DNA of 64,000 bases, from assembly GCA_002633005.1 (NCBI GenBank), contig NMRA01000005.1, forward strand, positions 955,001 to 1,019,000, read 5' to 3'. The DNA is from Phoronis australis (Eukaryota > Animalia > Phoronida). Every line of letters starts with the position of its first letter. Within the stretch, counting starts at the first letter, position 1. Made by a program: the position numbers and the translations under genes. This document shows, piece after piece, positions 26,401 through 41,400 of this stretch. The notes below the pieces were generated by a model. It was given only the letters and a program-made list of their open reading frames with translations. It did no database searches and was not told where the DNA came from.

Positions 26401-29400
26401 GAAGTTGGACAAACTACCGTAGCGGAAGGTCAAATGTAAGGCTGCTTGAGCAAGGCCAGAGTTTAAGCTATGCTGAGTGTTCTCCCAGCATGAGCACAGT
26501 CTATTGGCTTGATGGATGACAAGCAAAGATTCAGCTCTCCTCTCAATAACCCTATCTGTTGCTTTGCATTATTCAGAGGCTTGGGGGTTCTTGATGAACC
26601 GGGTGTTCTACTTGTCCAAGCATTACATTGCAAGTACATTGTATTGAAAACCTTTGTGTGCGTATTCCCGACACCCCATTCCTGATTATTCGTTCCTTGA
26701 TGTTAGAGTTTTTGGGTCGTTTTTTTCTCTTGATGGTATTTTTGTGGCTACGTTTGTTTTTTGCGATTGTATGCTTATGGGGTTCTTCCTTTCCATTCCT
26801 CCAGTTCCCACCACGTCTTCATCTATTCAGAGTCTTGATGTTTCACTGTGGACAAATCTTAGCATTGCGTTTTCTCCGATTTATTCCCATGGTGACCACT
26901 TGCTCCATACCTTTTCTTGTCTTTCTTTTAAACCTTTAATAAATCCACAGATTGATGCTTGGCGTATTTAAACTCGATTCCATTTGTGGGAATATTGCAC
27001 ACAGCCTTTACTATGGAGCATACTGTGCGTGGTCGTGGCAACCATCATGGCTTGCATCTCTCCATTGCCTTCATGCCTGTTGCTGTGTAGTTTGATACAT
27101 GCGGTTTTTACCCTCCAGTGTTGATTGCAATTTTAAAAGCCTATGGACTTGTGGCTTTAAAATGTGCTTATGTAACTTCCTGTCTGATTAGTACTGTTCA
27201 GGTGTTCTACACCTTTCTTCTTTTGTTACATTGTGTTACTGATTGTGTCATTTCTGTTATCGTTTGCTTGATTAGTAGAGATTTTGCCTTTGCCCCTCAT
27301 GTTCAGTTTTGCGAACTAGGGAAGTCAAGGCAAAGAATCACTCTATTCCGAAGTTGTTCACATTCTCTGTAGCCAATCATTGTGAGCCAAAGTTTGGTCA
27401 CCATACTCCAATAGCAAATTTTATCAGGCTGGTTTATGAAATGCCCTGACAGATTTTAATGTTTCAAGAGAAATTCCCAGGACCTAGAAAAAATCACTAA
27501 ATCTCTGGATTAGTCTAATTGATATTGGATGTTATTATATCGTTACTGTGGTCAAATCTCGCTAATTTGGGACACAGTATGGCCGACAACTGAAATTTAA
27601 TTTTCTCATTTATTCATTTAAAAGAAATAGCACCAAATTAAGGCTTTACCATGTTTAGGTTTTGTATGATATCTAGCATCACGCAAAATTGTGAAAACTG
27701 GACACTCAGAACAATGAAACATGGCATTGAAAAATGAGAAAAGGACAATTTTGGAAATTTTCCAATATTGGTGAAGTTGTACCGTATTCATTTTGAAATA
27801 ACTCTCTCGTTTTGCTCCTTCCTTGTTCTAAATTGTCCCTTGGTGCAATAATAATTATATATTATGTCGTTATCATTACAGCCCCATTCAACAACCCATT
27901 CTGCCCACAGCTGATGCCAGCCAGGTCAAGGTCACTGGTCCTGGGGTACACTCCGGCGTGCCTGCTAGTCTGCCAGTCTCATTCACCATAGATACCACAG
28001 ATGCTGGTGTCGGAGATTTGGACGTCTCTATTGTGGTATGTGGATAGATAGTGTGAACTATGGTAACATTAATGCCTGACTCCTCTATATGGTAGTTCAT
28101 GAGAGTCCACCCCTTACAGGGCAGGGCTTGGAATATTCCTCTTTTATGAGGAATTCCTCTTCTTTGGCTCCGATTTCCTCTTATTTGATTTCCAGTTTTC
28201 TCTTTATCCATCTCTTTTTATCATTATTTTGACTTCATTGTTGCAAAAACATTTATTTCAGTTAAATGATACAACACAAAATAACATTTCTATCACACAA
28301 GCCAATGTATTTGTGTAACAGTACGTCACCAGGAAAATTTTCCTCTTTTTTGTCATTGGTCATTCCAAGCCCTGTTCTTATCTTATATTGTAGAGGGCAC
28401 TGTATGTCAATTTCACTGTTTACCAGATTAGTCAGCATCACAGGGAAACTCTATTTTGTCATGTGCAGTGGGTACTTATAAACCCTGTTTCAATTAGTAA
28501 TCTTTGGGTTGAACTTTGACTTCAAGACTTATGGGGAAGTGCAGGGAACGAATTAGTAATAAATTTGCCTTCTTTGTAAGTGCATTAAGCAAGGTAGAAT
28601 CTGACCACATTTAAACATTTTCCTAAAGACGGCGCTGTTGTGAGTGTCCACTGTTTTCAAAACATAGTCTAGTGTTAGTTTTGCAACAGAACTTGAAAGT
28701 GGGAAAGCATTGATTTTGTGCTACTTTGCCTTTTATTTAAAAATTGGAAAATAAAAATGTCATTTGTCAGCCATGTTTCGCCCAAAGCTGGTGAAGTTTT
28801 ACGATACGACTGCATGTCCAGTTGCAGAGTGTGAGAGTTTCAGCAAACGGTTACCCATTCCTTTTTTCCTGACATTCACAGTTTCTTTGCATTTTCATTT
28901 GTATTCTAACAAGTTTTCATAAAGTTCTTAGTACACAGTCAATGATTTATCTAGTTAAGATTTTCTGCCTTCACTCTGAGGCCTTTCTCAAACTAATGAT
29001 GACTTGAGAGGCTGGGACGTGTGACGTCATCCTGTGTGGGCACATCTGATGAATGGCTCAGAACAGCCAGTTATGTATGATATATACAGTCAAATGAACT
29101 TGTTTCATCAATCCACTGGTAATTATTTGCTAAATCAATCTTTATGCCAACAAACCAGTTAATTAAACTTTTAAATTACACGAGATGTGTCCAACACTAA
29201 TACTGATGTCTATTGTTTTATGCCTAACTATGGGATACGTAGGTTTTCCTCAACTTGATACTGCTTTTGCTTTCAGGCACCAGATGGCAGCGCTGTCAGA
29301 CCTAAAGTCACGGACAACGGTGATGGCACATTCACCATTACATATGTGCCGGAAGATATCGGACGTTACACCATTGTTGTCAAGTTCGCCGACCAGATTG

Positions 29401-32400
29401 TACCTGGCGCTCCTTTCAATGTCGAGTCTGTGCCTACTGGTGATGCCAGCAAGTGCCAATTGACAGGTACGTAGTATGGATTTCTTTAACTAACAGGACC
29501 CTTGATCCCATGATGTTGGGGCCGAATGTTGACCCCATTTCCCTAGGAAAAATATATTTTAAACTCGTGCGAAGTTCCTTTTGTCAGGTTTGAAAATTCC
29601 CATCCAGTGATTAAAAAATTTTCCTCAGGTTAGAATCACTTTTGCAAAACGTTAAGTGGGGGGTGGGGTTTCCCCTTGTAGTTGTTACTTTTCTACTGAC
29701 CCTTACATAGTGGTGAATTTCTTCTGTCCCTGTGTTCTGGATACGATACATGTGTCAATGTCAAGGACACGAATGTCGTGTTGGTAATGCAAGCGCTGCT
29801 GCATCATATCGTATTTGTTGTATCTTTGATTCTAGATAATTATGTAGATTATCCATGATTTTCTGAATTACTAGTTTACAGGGAAATTTTCGGTCTTGTC
29901 TTCTCTTTTTCGTTGTAAAAGGATAATTTTGAAATTATGTTTCTATCACAATTGACGACCTAAAAATTGATTTGCATTGCCGTTCCTGAAGTTATGGTTG
30001 ATTATAAGATTCGCATGATTTTGAATGTGCACCATAATATCTGCTTCACTTGTAGAGAGCCTGCCCAAGACTGTGTGCGTGGGCGAGGAGGTCGTCATCA
30101 CTGTTGATGCGGCAACTGCAGGAACCGGGAACATCACATGTCGCATCCGCACGCCGACCGACACTGATGCAGATATTGACATCTTGGATAATGGAGACGG
30201 AACCTTCACCATTAAGTAGGTCTTTTATCTGAAAATGATACAAATATTAGAAATTGATTAATTTTTTGTTGTGAATGCATGCAGTACTATGCGAAGCACC
30301 TGTATGAAATTAGAATCAAAGGATTTTTGAGAGTTAGAATGTATATCTATTCCATTCACACCCAAAGGCAATGGAGAAAAATGTCTTGGAGTTCCCATTG
30401 ATGAAATTCAGTGTTATAGTAACAACCTGTCAAGATCCAGAATGTTGGGGAGTGTTAACAGTGAAGGGGTGGGTGTACTTTTCCTGGTTAGTGTTTTGAC
30501 AGAATGGCTTTTAATGCAGGGTCATGATCCATCATTTTTGGTGTTAGGAAGATGCCCATGATGGGTAGGGTCTGAGGAAATGTCTACACTTGTCTAAATG
30601 TTTGTAGCAGATAGCCTTAATAATTACCTAACCACTATATACGTCACAGTAGGCTATGATCTATATCTGTGTAATGTATAGTTCTCTGTAAACCTGTTTG
30701 TAGAGTAATTGCCATCATTAGTTATGGTATAGCAAGGCCTAACTTACCGAAGGTCTTATTTATTCAGATTGCGTTATTTGCATGGAGAACATGAGAGCTG
30801 TAATGTGTCACATGGAGAACATGAGACCTGCAATGTTTCACATAGCGTGCCCTTGTAATGCTTCCTGAGTGGGAAGTTGTTGCTTGTGTGATTGTGAACT
30901 GTATACCGTTCATTGCATCATTTGTTGTCATCCACCTAAGTACGAGTTTCTCTGATTATATTCCTATCAGCCATCTACATTTACATTATCTCCCCTGTTA
31001 GGTACACGCCCAGTGTTGCTGGTCCCTACACAATCAACATCAAATTTGGTGGCGAACCCATCCCTCAGGGCACTTGTGTCCAGCAGGTAGGACATCATTC
31101 TGTAGTTAGCTTCTTGTGGTTACCTCTTGCTTGTACCGAATGTTTTGATCAGGTGGAACTATGCAAAGGCATTGCAGCGGTGGAGGGGGGAGGGGGCAGT
31201 AGACTAGACTCGTAAGCTGTTTTAAAAAAGACTTTTGGCCAAACAAGAATTTAGTGGAGGTGATTATTTTGGTTTATTTTTTGATCACATGTAGTGCTGA
31301 GACTGAAGGGTTAATAAATCTGTGCTTTTTCTGTCAAAAGTTATTTTCGATTTAGGCAACTTGCTGTTCTAAAATCAGCCTCATCTTGATCCTTTACTGA
31401 GGTTAGAAGCAGATTCCTGGCTTGAGAGGAGCTGACAGGTTGTCAGTGCTTCAGACCACGCCCATTGAGATACTTATTGCAGCATTGCAAACATTTATAA
31501 GTCTAGTCGGCACGCCACCTGTGGTCACAACAGGTGACCTAATGAATATAAGTCTGAGAAGATTTCTGCCTCAACCAGGGTAGACGTCTGCTCGTTTAGC
31601 AGAAGTACCCACATCCGAGTCCCAGATGGGGCAGAAATCTTTTCAGACTTATTTCATTTGGTCACTTGATGTGGCCAACAGGTAGCGTGATGACCTGACT
31701 TAAAATGTTTGCGGTTTAAGAATTACATATTTATAAAGCCTATGTTTCATTGTTGCCAAATTTTAATTCAAAAAGAGAATAAGAACGCGATGGCTCTCAA
31801 AGAGTAAATACGGCTGAGTGAAGAAAGTTGATGTTTTTAACACCAGAACATTTTGCAAGTTTCAACCTGCTGCCATTCAGTTCACCTGCAGTGTTCACGT
31901 CAGTAGTCACCTACTGGGCTTCCAGATTTTGGAACCAGTTTTTTTAGCCGTTATTCAGTAGAGAAACTGGTTCTCCCTGTAAATGACTATTGCTGTGTTC
32001 ACTATACAACAAATCTTGGTGCAGTGTTTATGATACCAAGATGAGCAGAATGTGTTCCTGATTGGGATGTCGCCAGTACTACTGGAAACTTGTGTTCAAC
32101 ATGTAAAGTGAAAACAGCAATTTGTCTAATTCTGTGAACCGTAACTAATTGGTACTGCTTTCGACATCACAAAACAACTACTAATAGTCAGGCTATTGAA
32201 TTTTTGTTGATCTCTTTTTTCGATAACGAAATAATTTTTGAAAGAATCTTTGAGTGAAGGATGCTGTGGGTAATGATGAGGAGTAAAAGCGCCACTGCCT
32301 TTGCACAGTACTGCTGCTGTTGTCATGGTGATGACCTGTCCTCTGACCTGAATGGCATGACTTGTTGTCTGCTGCTGTCGTCTGCTTCTGAATCTTCTGC

Positions 32401-35400
32401 TCTTCCTGACTCATTGTGTTGACTTATCCGATGAAGCCTGAGAAGAGTTTTGTAGCTGTCTCGTAGTGAGAAAAATCTAGCCAAAGTCACACATTCTCAT
32501 TGAAAATATATGGTAATATCTCGCATAATCTCACGGAGTCTTGCTTTTCTAGCGAGGTCTTTCCTAGGTCCTACTGAGTTCCTTACGTTATTGAACTCTA
32601 CCCTGGTTGATTACTGCCCTTTCATAGGTTGTATGTGTCACCAATTATTTGATTTCAGCATTGTCATCCTGTATTATCGTAGACTGTAGTCACATATCTT
32701 GATTACAGACCCTTGTTTTCTGTACCCTGGAACAAAAAGTATGTTGCAAAATCCAAATTTCTCTATCAGTTTTTCCTGTATTGCCTTCTTTCACTAAAAG
32801 TACAAACTGTTTTGGTAATCCATCGTTTCAAAGTGTGTAATGTTACCTTGTTGTCTTGACAACAGCTCAGGGTTTCCTCCTCATTAGAATTGGAAACTCT
32901 AAATTTCAGTTATAGAACGCAGGCACTCAACTCTATGAACACAATGACTGAAACAATCAGCTGTTGATCAAACTTGGTGTCCGTTTATGAATTGTTCTGC
33001 TGGTTTTGATGGGATCTTTATGAATTGTTCTGCTGGTTTTGATGAGATCTTTATGAAATTGCCGCTGAAAAATTCTTCTAGTTCATGTTATTCAAAATAT
33101 TCAATTCTGAATATTAAATTCTTCAGGTGTAGTCCAGTTCTGTGGGACTGGTCCAATTCTTTAACTTCTTATCGTTTCCCCTCATCAAGGAACGCTAGTG
33201 TCTTGGCATCAGCTGGTATATTACTAAGCATTGGTCCTGCCATGTAATAAGACTGTATACCGGAAAGAATTGTTCCTGCAGTGTAATATGATGGTATACT
33301 GGTGAGAATTGTTCCTGCAATGTAATGAGATGGTATACTGGTGAGAATTGTTCCTGCAATGTAATGAGATGGTATACTGGTGAGTTGGTCGGTATACTGG
33401 TGAGAATGGGCCCCGTCCTGTAATATGAAGGTATACTAGTGGGAAATGGTCTTGCCCTGTAATAAGATGGTATACTAGTGAGTATTGAACGGTATACTGG
33501 TGAGAATGGGTCCTTCCCTGTAATATGATGGTACACTAGTGATAATTAGTCTTGCCCTGCAATAAGATCATGGTATACTGTTGTGAACTGATCCTACCTG
33601 TAAGAAGACGGTGTACTGGTGAGCATTGGTAGGTCCTGTTATAAGTCTGTAGAGCATTCGCCCTGCCTTGCATTGCAATAACATTGCTGGTCGAATCTCT
33701 GTAAACCCGGCTTAATGGAGTTGTCGGTATCTGAACTGTTTTGTTTTTTGAATGAAATCAGAAGCTTCGCCAGCGAGTGCTCCGACTGCAGTTCTAGTGC
33801 AGTATGTAAATCCTCCCATTTGTCTTAGCATTATTTCAAGCCTGTCGGTGTAATGATCCGTAGAAAAATTTGGTTTATCCGGAATCAGAAGCATAAATTG
33901 CATTTCCTGCGATCTTCTCACCCGAGTTCTAAATATAGCGGGCAGTAGCTATATTTCTCCTTCAGATGCTATTTTGGTCTCATGAAATGGTGCTAACCTG
34001 AGTAGACTGTGGATAACTTTGTAAGTTGGCATCTTTGAAATATCTGGAACTCAATGGTGGAACCACAGACCTTCACTAGAACATTGGAGTAGAACAATGG
34101 CACATCAAGACATAGTTAGATAATTGTCTGAGTAGTTGGTGCCTGAAAAAATGTATCTGAACAAACCCGCGATCCAGTTGTGATTTGAGTGTGTTTCAGC
34201 TGACTTTGTGGGTATGTCCTTTAAATGGATCTATTGCAATGGGCATTTTCTGCTATAGTTTTGCCCCTGTAGCTGCAAAACCAGGAATCTCCTATGACAA
34301 ATTGATTGGTCCTTATGGTCCCATTTGCATCTACGGATCTCTTCTTAAATTCTTCTGTTAGATTGGGCCCACGCACTGGTACAAGGCAACACAAAACATA
34401 AGTCTCCTGTGTGGTCGTGGAGGTATGATGTCATATGTTGTCCTACACCCATTTGATAGCTATAAGACCCACTGTTGTTTTCCATTTTCCATGAATGTTG
34501 TGTTACTTTAGAAACTATCCCTTGGTGTATATGTGGAATCCACAATAGAATCTATTTTAGGCTGCTTGTCAGATCTGTAATTTCAGTATGTTTCATGGTT
34601 TATACACAATGTGGTTTGCTCAAAGCTTTTAGTGTAATTCCGAGTGGGTTGAAGATATTTCATGCAGTCGGCTAGTTTTTCAAAAGGATGGTTTTAGCCA
34701 TTCTTTCAGTGGTAGAGAATAAAATGTCAAGATCTCTTGGATTGGCAGTATGTTTACAAGATCACAAGACTATTGACTGCACTAATTGAGTCAAATGTAA
34801 ACTAACATACTGGCAAGCAACTGGAGAGCTATTGCCATTTATATTACAGTATTTTTAATTTAGAGCACAATATCGCAGAATAGTCAATAGTTATTTGTTG
34901 AAAATTTCAACACAAGTGAACAGGAAAAAATCAATTTCGTCATTTCCACTGTCATTAAAAATACGCATTGAAATTTGAGCGTTTTTAACAAATGTGGCTA
35001 GTTTTTGTAAGTTAGAAAAATTACGATTTTTGCTCAAATTTTAGGAAACTTTGCTGTACATACAAACGTTTTTTATCCATTCTCTAAGATGTCTGATATC
35101 AACATCAACTCTTTTCAAAGAGCAAACTGAGCCCAGCACGAGCTTTACTTGGCAAGTTTTATTTCATAATTACAGAATTAATCCTTATTGAATTACCACA
35201 GATGAGCCAAACTTTATATTGGAATATGCCAAGTTAGTGGCAATGAATGTACATGTTGAAGCCATCATGTGGTCAGATTTAAACATAAACATAAACTCAA
35301 AGAAAACTCTCTGTGTATTGAAAAATAAGGAATATTTTCACAAATGCATTTGTGGATTTGCAATTGTTAACATCTTCAGATATAGCCGTACAGTTAGAAG

Positions 35401-38400
35401 TGTTTAAGCTTTTTAAAGAATTGCTTCATGTTTAGTTTCAATTTCCTGCAGCTTACTCTGACCACATTTTTCAAGGCCTATTGGACTGGGGAAATGTTTG
35501 TAATAAAGATTGGCCATCTAATGCCTAATGAAAGTCAGACTCCTTTAACCTTTTCCAGTGTTTGATCATGTAAGTTGTAAATGGCTTAGAAATGTTTAGA
35601 TCTTGCCTTGCCAGCCATAAGGATTGAAATTTGTGTGTATTGGTGAATTATAGGTGGTCACACTCAGCAAAAAATTCTTTCTGTTCAGGTATGGTAGGTT
35701 TTAATTCGGTAAAAATGTTAAAAATTTTATTTTTTGCTTTTTACCAATCTGCCATTAATTGGGTCTCATGAACATGCCTTTTTAGTAAAATTTATTGGTA
35801 AAGAAAGGTACATTGATAGCAAAATGACAATAAGTTGAAACAAGATCTAATTTCATTTGATGTAAATGAATCAAAGATGAGATTTGAAAAAGGCTGTTAC
35901 AATTGAATATAATCATTTTGTTTTATTCAAGAGTGGAACATTCTTACTAAAAACAATTACTACCATAAAGTGTTTTGTAGTACATTACATCAAGCGTTGT
36001 ATCTGAAATTTTCACATGAATCCAATGTACCATTTCTGAGATACGTTGTTCAGAAGTTGGCCAAGTTTAGCTGATGTTATGCAAGACCTCACAAAAATAA
36101 CCTTTCATTGTGGTAATTTTTATGTACATTAAATTTACTCAAAACGTGGCACACATTCACTCAACAGTCCTAAGACCATGCAGTAATACTCAACACTCCC
36201 AAGACCAGGCAGTTTCCAGGTGAAAGACCACACTCACCTCCTCACTTTACTTAACAAGACGCACACTTCATTGAACACTGTATGGTGGTCAGTGGAGGTC
36301 TGATAGTGCGGCTTCTAGGTGGTCTCTTCACACTGAGGTGATTCAATGGAGGTTTCCTGTAGCTGTGAGAGCTGTGTTAGTCTGAATTCTATCCTGATAT
36401 CCCTGTATGTAAAAGTGGATTTTTTGAGGAAATTCTTAGCCTTATGACAGCTCTCTGTAGTTAACTTTTGTTACATTTATGTAGAATTAAATTTGCTGAA
36501 TCCAAAATAAGGAATTGAAAGCAAGATTAAATAAGAATGAATATAACACTGCAGATACCACATTGTAACCGTAGAAACCATGACTTTTCACCANTGCCCC
36601 CCCCCCCCCCTCCCTACTCTGCAACACAAGTATTTTGAGATGCATGTATTGCACCTGCTGAGAATAACCAGACTCTATCCAACAGGACCCAACAGGTTTA
36701 ATAATATCCTGTCTCCTTTATTTCTTTGCACCCATCCTTAAAGTGTTTTTTCAAAACTGTAACTCTGGTGTCTGTTTTCTTATCTACTTGCATTCTTAAG
36801 AACCAAGATTGTTCCATAATGAACGTTTCAGTTCTACCCACCACACTGTCAGTTCACTTTCTAAAGGAGCATACGGGAGGATTCTTTACCCATTTTTTCA
36901 CCCATTCAATTTAAGCTAGCCTTGTGGCAATGTCGTAGAGCAAAATGGCCGTGATGTTAAGTCTCGGGTACTTCAGGGTCTATCAGCTGGGCACATTGTT
37001 TTCACCGATTTGAATCAGGTAGTCTGTCAAAAAAGTGTGTAAACAAGTCTTAATGTGTTAAACAACTCCATTGCCATCGGCTTGAATGTGTATGCAGGTG
37101 AAATTACATCGTCAGAAGAAGAGAGAACTTGCAGTTTGCTCACGGATTTCCAATCATCTCTCGAGTAGATGAACTGAAATCGTGTGTTATGGTGACCATT
37201 TTTCTCAACTTCATTGCATAAGGCTTTTCACGCAACACATCGCCATGCTGTCTACCTCATAATCAGTATTGCACGACAATCCTCATCAGCTCTGAGTGGC
37301 TTTAATTGACTGTTAATTTACCATGGTGGCCAATTTTATTTTTTCAGCACAGTGAAAACATACATGGTCCAGTCGGAACGTCCTACTACTGTAAGGGGGG
37401 TGACTGGCCATTTTCAGAATGCATACTGTGCGTGTCATTAAAAATAATTGAAATAATTAAAAAACATATTTCTGGCGTCTTATTTTTTCTCTATGAACAT
37501 AACTTTTGCTCAAATTTTGAAGCTCAGTAATGGCAATTTTTGTTTGTTTTAATTGGTTTTCTGTCTTTTTTACACCCACTGTGGAAATTCCATCGCCCCT
37601 CTCTGCTCGAGGTGTGGTATATAAGTTAGCGTCCATAGTCATGGTGTTCAATTTCACCGTCTTCACTTTTCTTGCAGACTCCTCTGTGTGCTTATAAGGA
37701 GACTGTTTTAGGATCAACCTGGATAAATTATCAAACATTTTTTTCTTCTTGGCATCCTTTGAAGTTGCTCTCAACTAGGCTTCGGGGCCTAAGTCGGACA
37801 CTTGTAGTGTATTCCAAGCAGGCTTGCCCTGGTTTACTACTGCATTCCAGAGTCACAACGCACTACATTGCTGTAAAACGGTTGTCGCTGAGATTTTGTA
37901 ATTCATTGTTTTCTCGCAGGTAAGATTAGACGGCTATGTTGCAAATGAAAGGGCTTTGCATAAACTTGATGTTTTTGTGAATTAGGTTGAGCAGGTTCTT
38001 CTGAACAAGTAGTCTTATTAAACGGACACTAGTCTATTCATGTTTTAATTGACTTGGTTTTAAATCCTTTTTTGATTCTCTCTATGGCAAAGACTAATGC
38101 GTTTTTGTCAGTAATATTTTTTATCTCATATTGACATTTTAATTTGTGTTTGAGTTTTAGGTTAACCAGAAACCTAGCAGATTCTGTAGAATACTGTAAG
38201 CTTACCATAGTAACAGATGGAGTGAAAATAGGTTGTTATACAAAGTGTTGGTCTGTGCAATGTTAGATAGCTAAACATTTGCATTCTAGTCCATGCATTT
38301 TGTGTCTGGCACTTTGTTTATAGACATTATAGTCATTATTGACTGCTTCATTATTGACTGCCGAAGAAAAGCAATGTTTGTTTAGGGTACCAACTTCCAC

Positions 38401-41400
38401 GGTTTTGCAGATTTATTGAGGCAACTCTCCATTTTTTAAACGTTACAGAGTATAGATTAGTCAACAAGGTCCGTGTTTTGCGTACCTTCTGTTCTGTTCC
38501 TCGTAGAAAGTATTTTCCGTCAAGAGTTGACATTAAATTTTAGTTTTTCTACAAATTGTTAATAGGTCAGTACAGTAGTATGCTGACTTATGCATAGGGA
38601 TATTGCATCCCTACTTTATAATTCACAAGGTTTTTTGGTCTTATTGCACAGCTGGATTAAGCTCGTGAATGACAATTGTGGGATTTGTTCGTAATAAATT
38701 TTGAAAGACTGGGCATCCCTTAACTTGGGTAATTTTTGCAATTTCTGTAGAAAGAGGCGAAGATTTTCACTGGAGTAATATGAAAGCATTTCTCTTTATC
38801 TCTCTCAGAAGCATTTCCATAGTGTAAGATATACTGCACTCATTCAAAGCCTGTGTTCCCCATCCCCAAATTTACAAATTTTCACTTTTAATTGCCCATT
38901 GCCCCGTTTAATATCCACTCTCAGTTTTTATGATTGAGGCTTATTTGAAAATGTCCTTGACATGAAAGCTTGCCTTGCGCAAATTTTTGCTCCCTAAAAA
39001 TAGCACTACTTGCATCCCTTTGAGTTATGAACAGCCAGAGTTTTGGAAGCACTTTGCCTTATTAAGATGCGGAAATTCTCACGCACTCCTTTCGTGTGAC
39101 TCTTATTAAGCCGTTTTTACACGAGGAACTATTGTCACGGCCCGAGTTGTCACGGCACAAGTTGCACCACTCTCAGTTACGGTGTCAACTTGCTCCGTGT
39201 CAGTCGTGTTCAAACACACACGATCAGCTGTTCTGTGTTCAAAAGAGGTCTTTTGAGAAGCCTCGACTTCTCGGAAGTTAAATTTCTAAATGCCAATGCC
39301 TGGCTTAACCTCCACCACCAAAGTTTTGAGTTCCCCAATTTAAGCACCCTAGGCATTAAGATGGATATGTACAATAATTTTTTGTCACTTAATCTCCAGT
39401 TGTCTTCAAGTGTTACAAAATCACCCAAATGTTTTGTACACTATTTTCCCTGTCTTTAACAATAACAAGTTTATAGTAATTTCATCAGCAGTAGTAGAAA
39501 TAATCTTTGGAACTCTCATCAAACACTGAAACTGATGTCCGTGTCTTGCGGAGTTCAAGTTTTGTGATGATGCAACCAACGCTGAGTGTAATTAATATTA
39601 ACATTTCTGTGGATATCTGAAGTAATGGTAACTAACTGTTAGTGGCAAGAGATATGTGTAATGTGTGAGCACAGTGTTTTCTCTACTGTCCAGTGCATTC
39701 CTTACACTATTGTTGTTATAGAAACATTTTGGCAAGTAGTCAAGACTCCTTCACATTCTTGCATTGTTATCAAACAAACCCATGTGATGGATAGGAGCTA
39801 TATTAATCTTGTTTGTTTGGCTTGGCCTACAGGTTTCTGTTAATAAGTTCAGTGGTGGGGATAGAATTCTGTCAGAGCTCATGAACTGTGTTTGTAAACT
39901 CAATGACTGTGCCAGTGGCCACTGTGCATGGTTGGTGTACAGAGTGTGAACACTCAATTGGTCATTGTTGATATTTCCTGTTTGTTTGGTGATAGTGGTG
40001 GTGTAGTATTGTAGGCCAAAGTTTGTTGTTTGTGATCCTCTGTCACGTCTTTTAAATTCCCTTTTTGGTGGTACATAGGGATTCAATGATAAAAAGTGTT
40101 TTGTCATCTTTCACATCAAGGCCATTTCACACTAAGGTACTGTCACACCAAGGCCCTTTCAAACCTAGGCGTTTTCACACCAATGCCCTTTCACACCAAG
40201 GTCCTTTCACACCAAGGTCCTTTCACACCAAGGTCCTTTCACACCAAGGTCCTTTCACACCAACTATGGCCTCGAAGACGGGACTAAAAGTGAGTGGAAC
40301 TGCACAACCTGAACCGTGTGGAAGGTTTCATATTCGAAACATGTTTTGGCCAATTTTTTGTTTCTACTCACCTTCAGCTCATTTCTTCTAAATGTTACGA
40401 TTGGTTCACTCGTTTTGGGAACGATTTTAGTTTGATAGAACCATCACAATCAATGGTAAATGCGCAGCTGTAGAATTTGTTACATACAAAAAATAACAAT
40501 ATGTGTTTGCGTGAATGGATTGCGGAATGAAAAATGTATTTTTTATGAATATGATTACTGTTTGGTAAAAAGTTGAGCACTTTTCAGTGTAGACAACAAA
40601 ACTGTGTTAATTAACTGTCTGCGTTAAATGTTAATGGCTTTCAGATTTCTGGCAAGGTTGACAGGAATGCTGACCTGCTGTAAGGAACTTAGGCTTGATG
40701 AACTTTTAAATATTTGCTCTGCATTGAAGCTATCTGCTTTCCATGGTTATCTGATGTGGTTATCTGCTGTGGACAAGTTCTGGCTAATCACTTTGATGCC
40801 TGTCAGTTGTGGCTCTGGTCACGTAAACATGAAAGTGAAAATGGCACACCCTGGTTCAGCCATTTTGGTCAGTTGGTTTGTGTTAAAAGTTTTACTGGAA
40901 GCTGCTTGAAGGTCAATTGACTCCTGTGATGAGGAGGCCGGGTGGGATAGGAGAGAATTTTTTGGGTGTTTAACTAGAAAGTATCTGCCTCTACAAAAGG
41001 GATACAGAAAATGCACGTGTAGAATGTATCCTGGAAAAATGTCTCTTATTCCTTTAGCTGTTATTGTTCTCCATTATATTCTGTTCTTCAGTCTGTTTTG
41101 AATTTCAAGAAATGGCAGAACTAAGGTTTTGGTTATACGGTGGGTTTCTATGGTTACTGATTTATTCTGATAAGCCTGATAGTCATCAATGACACTAGTC
41201 CTCCACAATCACTTCTGCCATTGGTCTAAATACTGTGGACACAGAGCCGTCAACTGGTGCCTTGGACACCACAACTCGACCAAGTTACTACAGGAACTAG
41301 TGGCTAGGTTTAGTCACAGTGTGAGTACTATTGCTCTGGGACAACTTGACACGTGACAGCTAACCCCCCCCCCGCAACTTGACCCAGCGTAAGTTATAGT

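Noticed and set aside
37678-37919. 242-nt open frame between an acceptor-like and a donor-like site as a coding exon
   Set aside because: Phase 0 to 2 is incompatible with the downstream exons, and the peptide is not filamin-like.
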